From Macrostomum hystrix (Eukaryota; Animalia; Platyhelminthes), in contig CATNEN010000038.1 of NCBI GenBank assembly GCA_950097015.1, positions 24,614,001 through 24,678,000 of the forward strand: DNA of 64,000 nt, in the 5' to 3' direction. The position numbers and the translations under genes were made by a program. Below are positions 55,038 through 64,000 of this stretch, piece by piece. Numbering within the stretch: position 1 is the first letter of the stretch; each line of letters opens with the position of its first letter. The notes below the pieces were generated by a model. It saw only the letters and a program-made list of their open reading frames with translations, searched no databases and was not told the DNA's origin.

Positions 55038-57967
55038 AGATGCCCAAGTTCTTGTTTGTTTACCTATTTATCAAGTTATAAAAAGTTATAATATAATTTT
55101 CAGTCTAAATTCTCTAGTTGTTTAAAATCCCTTGACACACTGGTCTTTGTGTGTGTTTGCTTGGACTTAAAATAATTGGTTAACACTTATTATTAAGGCC
55201 AGTTGTAATACAGTTTTAGCAATCGTTCCGCGTGTTATTTGTAATTCCGCAGCTAATTCTCTAGCTTTGTACCTTTCTATGACCTTCTTTAATGAACTTG
55301 TCAACTTTAAGTTGTTTGCGAAAATTGTTTACACTCATTTATTAAAGCCAGTGTGTCACTGTAATTTCACAACACCAGAATGCAATCTCGTCGATTGTGC
55401 GGCAATCAGTCGGCTTATCTGTTGGCGCGTCGGATGATGTTGTCGACTACGGCGAGTTTGGATTAATGTCGCTTCTCTAGACCCAAAACTTGGTCAAAGG
55501 AGTGTCGCGTTTTCGTCTTGCCGAAAGGGTTGCGCTGTTTGTTCACTATAAAATGTTTTGCTCATTTAAGGGCGGAGAATTGCGGAACTTTGACTTGGTC
55601 GCTTTGGTGTTAATAATAACATGAATAATAAAAGTTATAATAATAATGACTACAAAGTTCTGCTTGTTCAACTCAACGCTCAGCAAAGCTGCAAATCTCG
55701 ACCGGAACCGGATACAGTCCTTGCTATGGTGACTCGATTTTTTAAAGGCTTATTTGTTTTGCTAAGAGGAGAGGTTTAAAGGACTGATAATGATTGGTTA
55801 CAAAGATATATCACGATGGTTGAAGAGAAATTTTCTACTGCGTGTTGATTCGCGCGTGAAGTTCGGTTCTGTAGAAGAGCTAGTGCTTTGTCGAGGCTAA
55901 TTGTGTGGCAGTTAACGTTTTACTAATGTCTGGCACAATTGAAAGTAATTCTTGGCCTTGGAAAGCGTGAACTGAACTGGTTCTTTGTTCTGAAGGTATC
56001 GTTAGTCAGGATTTTCTCTCGTTTCTGTTGGCTTTGGCAATGTCTTGTCGAAGTTGTCGTAAAAGTGGTGGTATTTGGTACAAAATAAGATCAGGTCGAA
56101 TGTTTTAGCCATTTCTGTTTGCAACAGTTGGTTTTAATGGAATGTCTTTACGTTCATTGTTATTGATTTGCTATAAACTGATTTCGAAGCATTTCAGCCG
56201 GTTGCAGTAATTCGCTATTCAACGCCGTCGATTGGGTTGCACCTTTCAGCTTCGTTGTTCGTTGGTTTATTTTTTTTCAAAGCCACGTCGGTACCTGCGG
56301 TGAGATGATTGAAGTCGGCCTCGGTGCGCTGCTCACTGGTGGAGGATATTTTCGTGTTGAATCCGACGCGGTTTTCGCCTGTCGAAGTTCAGGCAGTGAA
56401 ACTGACGCTATCTGTCTTCCGAACTTGTGTTAGCTTCTACTTGAAGTAGCTTGTATGATGCCTGTTTTCAGTCACTCTTATCAAAGCATTTAAATATACC
56501 TTTTTAATTAAATGTCATTGTGATTTTTCCTGCTTAAAATTGTAAAATCATTCCTTTAGCAGCGTAATTAAATACAATTTTTGTTTAAGCGCTGTCACGC
56601 ATTTAAAAATGGTATCCGAAACAGCAAAATTGTTTGCTGCTAATAAATAACTATCGTGTTTTACCTTCTTTTACTATTAAACCAACAAAAATTACTAAAG
56701 TGCACTCTTCAAAAGCTAATAAACTGCTTTGCGATGGTTTCTGTGTAAGACCTCTCTATCCAGGCGCTAGGGCCATTGTTGTGAACCGAAGTTTAGGCTG
56801 TGAATCCTGTTCAGTACTTGCCGCGAAGCTTATAATGTTATATGATAAAGAAGTAAGATGACTCATTTTATTACCTTAACTGATGAATTAATTAGCATGT
56901 TTATAGCACCAGAATCCATACTTAGCTCTTGGACTAGTAAAAGTAACATGTCCGTCTCACTGAAAAAATACGATCTGCACCTTCATTTGCACTTGTGCCG
57001 GCTTATATACTTTAATTTGCCATTCGATGGCTCGATATAATGTCTGTATTTATGCTAACTACACGCATGTAGGTAGCAAAATAGTCTTAAGATTACTTGC
57101 TTCTCTTTGGTGGTTCTTAGCGTCCAATAGAACGCACTTACTTCCGAGAGAAATACTTTCAAAGGCTGACTTTTTGCCTCCATATAATTGAATCATAGGC
57201 TGGTTTGGCCATCGCTGTCAGTCATAAGAAACCTAAATAACCCAACAAAAAGGCAAAGCTGCTGCTAGGTCTGCATACCTTAGCTTATGGGGCTTTTTAT
57301 GCTGAAGTTTCTATTTTGCAGAGGTGTGGTTCTGCGAATGTGCTGCGTAAAGGATAATTATGCGCTGTGGCTCACCAGTTTTTTAATTTTTTGTCTAAAA
57401 TATGGTGCAGTGGAAGTGCCGATATATAATACTTCTGACACGGATGTATATAATTCTGACCACCACCCATATCTAAAGCCAGCTGCATGGATACCGTTTT
57501 TATTTAGAGTTCGAATTAGAGTTCGTTTTAGAAGTTCGCTCGCAAACAGGTGTTGAGTCGCAAATGACTAAAAGTGATGCGGTGTTTCTTCGTTGTTGAG
57601 TCTTGTTTGAGATCAGAACGGAATGAAGGGTCTTAAATATTGCGTAATCAGGTGCAATGTTTTTATAGCCTATTTTAGAATTTCGGGAATTTCTGAAAAT
57701 GTTTTTGTACAGCTAAACAAATTTAATTGAGTTATTTCTTATCATTGTTAGATTTATGCTATAAGGACTTTGTGTCTATTGTTTAACATTTGATATACGA
57801 TAATTTATACTGTAGTGTATGATTATTGCACTCAAGGAAGATTCTAGAAAATGCAGAAATTTAATTTGTACTAAATCGGAGTATTTTCTCTACATAAATG
57901 TTTTCGTACTGTATAGAAGATTCTAGAAGGTCATTTGAATTTCATAGCGTGGAAGTTTCGTGAAGGT

Positions 57968-58212
57968 CACTACCCCAGCTAACGCTGGGGTAATTGAGGG
58001 TGGGTACTAAATAACCACCGCGACAGAAAAGCCGCAGCTATTGCGCGGCGCATCTGAAGGCTGCGCACGTACGGCTGTTTATAGTCCATGGACTGGGGGC
58101 CGCCACACGCACCCTCAATTACCTCATTGAGGGTCCCTTGTCTTGCTACTAAGGGACACAAATATTTCTAGTGGAGTCGGAAATCGAACCCCCGACCTTC
58201 AAGGCTACAACC
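57968..58212 (-). mobile_element. Rearranged SINE family A copy
   Basis: Family A body and head on the minus strand, with an inverted fragment (gctggggtaattgagggtggg) at its left end. Confidence 0.7.
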
Positions 58213-58699
58213 TCCGTATAATATAAATAATATAATATATAATATATATATAATAGTCTTCTTGGGAGCTAAAATGAAACTGTAGTTTGGTACGGCGCCA
58301 AATCCTTTATCACATAAATACGGAATTATACAGCAGTCTATTGTGCAGATAACAATACAAACTCCTTGGCCTCTCTATATATGCCATTGTACACTTATTG
58401 TATGGCAATGAACCCTACTATAAGTAAGCTATAAATAGTAGTCTGCCATATTTTAGTCGCTGAGAAATCCATACCTTTTTTCGTCTCAACCTTCCTAATA
58501 TAATAACTACAGTACCTATAGCCTGCAGCAGCTTAACAATGCCTGCGTAAGTGCACGAATTTAGGCATGGTCGGCGATGTCATGGATCATTATCATTTTC
58601 TGTGCTTCTCAGAATCGCTTTTATAAATTCGCTTTGTCTTTTATTACCTGTTCGATAATTCTCCCTGTTCGCTATAAATAAACAGCGATGCCCATAATA

Positions 58700-59020
58700 A
58701 GGCGCACCCAAAGGCTGTGTAGAAGCAGCTGTTCTGTCTCTGGTCTGGGGACGGACACACAGTCGTTTTTATAAGCTGTGTGAGCTTAATAACCATTATT
58801 AATATTTGCAGGAGGGCCGTGGACACCAGGCCATCATATAAATAGTGACCAGCGGCAGTTGCTGTACGCAGCTAGGTACACACTCACTGTGCCATGGAGG
58901 TTGGCCCTCAAGTTCTCATGGGAGTAAAATTCTCGACAAACCCCCAAGCCTTCTCCCCGCTACTGCGCCCCCCAAATCATTGTACGCCTCACTACGAAAT
59001 CGAGCTCAGGGACCTTGTTG
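58700..59020 (-). mobile_element. Degenerate SINE A fragment (58700-58790) and SINE B 5' half (58865-59020)
   Basis: Similarity to other copies (aaggctg...agctgtgtgagct; cactgtgccatgg...cccccaagc...cgagctcagggacc). Confidence 0.5.
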
Positions 59021-59199
59021 CTCGAGGTAGCTGGATGAACGAGTCTTCCTTTTTATAGCGCAAATCAAAAGAAAGGAAAAGTTTGTAGCTCGCGTGTCCT
59101 TCACGAGTTCGGATAATAAATGCGTTTGATAAAGTTGTGAGCTACTTGTCTGCAGTCTGTGCTGGACCCGTGTCTGAGGCACGTGCAGAACAAGCTCCG

Positions 59200-59560
59200 G
59201 CCCAAGGGCGGTACAGTGATCTCGGTCCTCGTTCTTCGTCGAGAAGGAACGCGCTAGGCACACCATCTTTATTGAATTCCGAAAAGGTGTTTGACCCGGT
59301 GCTGAGAGCTGTGCGCATTGTGTCCTTGTAACACGACACGCGCGATGCTGTGGTGACGGCGAACGATCAGCATGACCAGCTGTGCGGCACCTCGTCTGGG
59401 GTGCCACGTTAGGGCGACATATTAGCGACCTGACTGGGTGCTTCCGATCGCTCTCTCATCGGTTGACGACGGCTTCCTGCTGTTCGGCCTCCGCGTCACA
59501 ACGAGAAACGCCGCAGCGTGCTGGTGGCAAGCGTCGGCCTAGTCGTCAAGACGCTAAAGA
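59200..59560 (-). mobile_element. Decayed non-LTR (RTE/L2-like) reverse transcriptase fragment
   Basis: Broken frames STLRRF..., AVV... and YKDT...T..F....GV resemble the RT region ahead of the QG motif. Confidence 0.3.
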
Positions 59561-59619
59561 CCGTGATGCATTCTGACCTTGCCGGACAATATTCCAGCGG
59601 ACCTGACGTGCCACGACGC

Positions 59620-60010
59620 AGATGGGGAAAACCCCACACGCCTATACTTAACGATAGCTCCCAAACTGAATGACCAATTTTCGTGAATCAAATTTTCTGC
59701 CCTAGTACGATTGACAAACTTTCAAAGCCGTCCAATGTCAGCATCGTCGAGATAATTAGCGATTTTCGTCGAAGACCCTGGTGACAAGGACAGCTAGCAT
59801 TTGGCGAATTAATAAATGAAAATGAAAAAACAAACAATTTTATCAGTCCAAAGTATAGTCAACAATAAAAGCCGATGGTTGCATGATTGCTTACATTGGT
59901 GGTTTTTGCCACCAGACACCCCGACGAGAGTCGTTGAATATCTCGACGATGCCGATGTTTTGTGATTCTGGAAGTTGTTTAATCGGATAGAGTTTTCAAA
60001 GCGATTGGTT
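59620..60010. mobile_element. Dispersed repeat family C with an internal imperfect palindrome
   Basis: gcatcgtcgagata...ttcgtcg...ctggtgacaa is inverted relative to ttgccaccag...cgacgagag...tatctcgacgatgc; collinear with 29378-29725. Confidence 0.65.
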
Positions 60011-61159
60011 GAATATTTTAGGAGATACAGAAGAAAGAAAATGTTGGAATTTGGAAATAGCATCGTGTCTTTCTATACTGTTAAGGAATCTCAGCCTGAG
60101 CGAAAAAGTTCTTCAGCAAATCCATTGTTTCTCTTTCATCCAACCGTACCAGAATTCGCTGTGATAAAATATAATGTGCGGCCCACGACTGGCTTCGACA
60201 GTATTTTTTATCAATAAAAATTGAAAATGACGCCAAATCAAAGGTTTTTCCTATTGATAAAGCCGTACTTAATTACGCAATATAGGTCGTACATAATGTG
60301 TTTTTGCAAGACATTTTTTCCATTTTATGGCTATATATAAATAACAGGCTGAATTTGACTATTAGTTAGGCCGTCTGACGCGAAGACTTTCAACCGTATA
60401 TGAATTGCAGTATTGTCTTTTACGATCTTTTACGAGATTCACGGAACTATATTAAACTGCAATTGATCATGTTTTAGCTGGCCAAAGTCAAATTCAAGAC
60501 GAAAAATGTCTTCCGATTTGTCTCACTGACCCCCCACGACACAATCACCCGAGGGGGCATGTGGCCAATGCAACGCCTAGTGCATTAGCTTCGCCCAACA
60601 CAATCGCCAAAATTCAAGGATGCTAAGCCGATTAATGCCATCTGCCGGAGTTCATCATTTTAATGCATCGAATTGGGAATCGTGCATTCAAACATATGCA
60701 ATAATTATACGCTGTTGTAAATCTAATGTTAATCTGTTGCGTACGCGAATAATTCCAAATAAAATTGTGTAATTTAATTTATTGTCAAAGAGCCGAGAAA
60801 ATGCCCATTACCTATTGGAAGATTGCTGAGAGAATTTTTTAGAACACGTTACAATTCTCTATAATTGTAGTGGAAAATAAGCAAAAGCCGGAAGAATGGA
60901 AGATTCTTATTTTCTAAGAAAACTGTCTTCTTCACGCAGGTACAATAATTTTCTATGACTTTTTCTTTCTACTGGCCTCAATTTGTATACTGAATCTACG
61001 TAAGGTCTGTGTTCAAAAGATAATTAAAATTGAAGAATACTCAGAAAAGGGTTAGGGACATAGAATAAAACTGTGCACATATATGCTCGAATATGCAGTT
61101 AATTTATAAGGTTTAGTTATCTTTTAACGATTGTAACGATTCGAGTCTTTTAGCGAGAC

Positions 61160-61330
61160 ACCTTCTGTTAAATAGGTACAAGCATTAGCTGGGGTAATTA
61201 AGGGTGAGGTGTGGCTTCTCTCCAGTCCATGGACTGAACAGCCGTACGCAGCCTTGAGATGCGCTGCACAATAGCTGCGGCTGTGCTGTCGGCTGTACAA
61301 TTGGGGGGATATGATTGTAATAATTAGTTT
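61160..61330 (+). mobile_element. SINE family A 3' half
   Basis: Matches 18715-18880. Confidence 0.75.
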
Positions 61331-62072
61331 TATTTTCATTTTTTAACTTTTATGTACGTGTCTTCTGAAAAAGGACGTAAAGGTCAGCATTCTCTGAAAA
61401 CCCGTTTGTGTTATTTTTTTACTCTGTTACGTTAAATTTGATTTCCACCATTCAAAAGAGAGTGCCAGTTTGAGCTACACGGCTTTTTTTAAGAGGACAG
61501 ACAGGAGGCTGTACATTTGTGCTCAAAATGCATCTAGCTAACTGCTAATTTTCTTTCCTATAGACTATTGTCTCGCAGACAGACAATTGGGGGAATGGTA
61601 AAGAAGAATTTCGACTGATCCGATCCCACAAGAATCGCGCAGTCCAGACAGAACTGGGGAAGAGTGGAGAAAAAGGGGGGAGATGCGCTAAGGGCAGAGG
61701 CCTCTGTACCGATCTGGGGGGACTATACATGATCGGCGACTGCAGCCATTGGCCCGCGCGTTGCTAAAAGACTGACAAGGCGCTCAATGGCTGGCACTGG
61801 CTGAAGCGACTAGTCTTGGAGGGGTTGGTCGCTAATCGACAGGTCGGGATGGGAGGAATGGGAGGGAAGAGAATGGATGCAGCTGGGAGGGTGAAAGAGA
61901 TATCCCTCGAACGCTGTGCCCAGCTGCTCTACAGAAAATCCCAACTCCCACGCAGCTCTTTAGCAGAATTCTCTTCAGCAACCCCAGGAAACCTCCCGCC
62001 TTGTCGCCTCGTCGTCACAGTGAAGCTTCGACTTCGACATCTCCGCGACCAGAGCTTCCCAGCTGAATATGA

Positions 62073-62284
62073 ATGCATGAACCGGGCGGTGACGTCATCG
62101 AGGCGGTCTGGTCGTCGCCCGCTTCGGCCAGCGGAGTTGCCATAGAATCAGAGGATGCCGAGCCAGAGATAGAGGTGCGCGCCGATGAGGAAATACCTTA
62201 TCCAGGATTTTATCCCATTGTGCTGCGCTGTCTGCACCAGCGGCATCCGCTGAGATCGTGGTGCCTGCGCGTCATTTCTTGGCC
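62073..62284 (+). CDS. First coding exon of a T-type voltage-gated calcium channel alpha-1 (Cav3, CACNA1G/H/I-like); gene continues beyond the window
   Basis: IPYPGFYPIVLRCLHQRHPLRSWCLRVISWP matches the Cav3 N-terminal PYP...P.VF.CL.Q...PRSWCLR.V.NP. The exon ends at an ATATCCTTT donor. Confidence 0.8.
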
Positions 62285-62293
62285 ATATCCTTT
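62285..62293 (+). other. U12-type (AT-AC) 5' splice site ATATCCTTT
   Basis: Exact minor-spliceosome donor consensus at the point where Cav3 similarity stops. Confidence 0.8.
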
Positions 62294-62909
62294 TCGTCTG
62301 TTCCTGACGGTATTTGTTGAATATAATATTGTTTAATTGTGTGTCTTTGTCCCAGGTGGCTTTTCCAACGTCCAAGACGATCTTCAAAGATTGTGTAAGA
62401 AGGATTAATATCGTCAAAAATGCATTGTGCGCCTGACCTGTTTCGCATTAACCAGTTCAATCCCTTGTCATCTTTCTTCATTGTCCGCTTTCATACGTAT
62501 GGCTCATAGGCACCACAGTACGTGACTCCTTGTATATCTTTCACTCTGCAGCTTTCCCTCCTCCTTAGTATCTCAATTGCTACAAAGTCAAAAGGGACGT
62601 GTGTGTTTTTTCACCCAGTCGATTGATGCGCAATAGGAGTTTAATCACGCATTACTCTTCTGCCGTACAGTGGGAGATGGCCTAGCTAGAGCCCAGAAAG
62701 GCAATGGACTTTTGGTTAGAGGAAACTTTTTAATATCCAAGCAGTTTTTTCTGCTTCGCAAGATTAAACGTCGATCGTTCGTCTCGTGCCTTTGTCTCCA
62801 TTTGCGTGTCCTGCCTCGCATTAACGGTTTGGTATAGAATAGAATATAGAATAGCATAGTGCGAGATGCATTACTCTGTAATAATGGGTTAAGAAAGGGC
62901 GGCTGAAAT

Positions 62910-63200
62910 CAATTAATTCGGTTGAAGAGGGGGTGGTTGTAAACCACGCACCCAATCAGTTCGGTGGAGGAAGGGGTGGTTGTAGAACACGCACCCAATC
63001 AGTTCGGTGGAGGAAGGGGTGGTTATAGAACACGCACCCAATCAGTTCGGTGGAGGAAGGGGTGGTAGTAGAACACGGACCCAATCAGTTCGGTGGAGGA
63101 AGGGGTGGTAGTAGAACACGGACCCAATCAGTTCGGTGGAGGAAGGGGTGGTAGTAGAACACATGCTCAATGATTTCGGCGCAGGAGGAAGGGGTAAAAC
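62910..63200. repeat. 43-bp minisatellite (cccaatcagttcggtggaggaaggggtggtagtagaacacgga)
   Basis: cccaatc recurs at 62951, 62994, 63037 and onward. Confidence 0.9.
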
Positions 63201-64000
63201 ACGCGCTCAAGCATTTAAGGATTATTTCTTGAGCATTACGTGTGCTAAAAGACAAAGAAAAATGTTTATCTTGGACTAAGCTTCGAACTTCTGACTCTCG
63301 GTTAGAAGATTAAGCTTAACTGTTCGACAATAAGCTTCCCGTATAGCCACTTTACTACTACTTGTACAGATCACATAATGAAGTCATTGCCAATGAGAAT
63401 TCAGTGTTAAGGCTATCGATATGTTTGCAGCTGAGCTGTTTATTGAGTAAACCACAGTTCTGCGCATACACTTCTCTCCTTTCTATTTGACTGCTGCTTG
63501 GGCTTACGGACCTTGGACTGCATATTATATTAGCTCTAGGCCTTTGAATTTGAATTAATCGCATATAACGAAGGAGTAGATTGACAAAGTTAGCAAGCAC
63601 GTTTGCGTTCAACTGAGTCGTCTTCTCTCTTGAGCTCACATCTCACTTTAATAGAGCTCACAAACACACAGTCAACACTGCCTGCATGGTCTCGGTTGCA
63701 TTCTCAAATGCTTCTTTCATTCTTTCCTAATTCATTCACCCCCCTCACCCTGAGCGTCATTGTCCACCGGGTACCCAATGAGACTTCAAATCGTTCCAGT
63801 CTCAATCAGGTTTTTTACCATATTTTTTCAAAGGATCCTATATAATGGCGGTAGAGCCAAGAAATAGCCTTGGAATAGCCTGGCCATAAATTTTCTTACA
63901 GCGATTTAAAAGGCCGTTAACAAAGGCAGACAATCAGCCTTGTACACCGATCCAGCCACTGCATGCAACGCGGATGTGCAAGTGAGGCTTCAGGGATTAA

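Noticed and set aside
55380-56450. Moderately GC-rich stretch after hnRNP M that looks transcribed
   Set aside because: No sustained reading frame, repeat match or recognisable RNA structure on either strand.

Overview
Animal (eukaryotic) genomic DNA with GC-rich exons and AT-rich, minisatellite- and SINE-laden introns. The style suggests a free-living flatworm such as Macrostomum; this is an inference and was not verified. Left to right: (1) a 20-exon TRPM-like channel gene (2415-16521, +) that I assembled by hand into a phase-consistent ORF of about 1423 aa, starting with about three ankyrin repeats fused to the melastatin (MHR/SLOG) region, with a different minisatellite in many introns; (2) a foldback element and SINEs; (3) an ANKFN1/wide-awake gene (21548-25106, +); (4) a disrupted intronless TRPV-like gene (30842-32608); (5) five co-oriented minus-strand genes (B-box/coiled-coil/propeller protein, TMEM223-like, HAUS7-like, VCPKMT/METTL21D, BBLN/C9orf16); (6) an AT-rich, CpG-poor block with transposon debris; (7) an RS-tailed hnRNP M/MYEF2 gene (52910-55037); (8) the first coding exon of a Cav3 T-type calcium channel ending in a U12 (AT-AC) donor. 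The best candidate system is the minus-strand cluster. Each gene has a 3' splice acceptor right at its start, as expected for an SL trans-spliced operon. The TMEM223-like ORF has no ATG of its own and would be in frame with the AUG that ends flatworm spliced leaders. The last gene is followed by a histone-type 3' stem-loop. All calls come from reading the sequence by eye; no searches were run.
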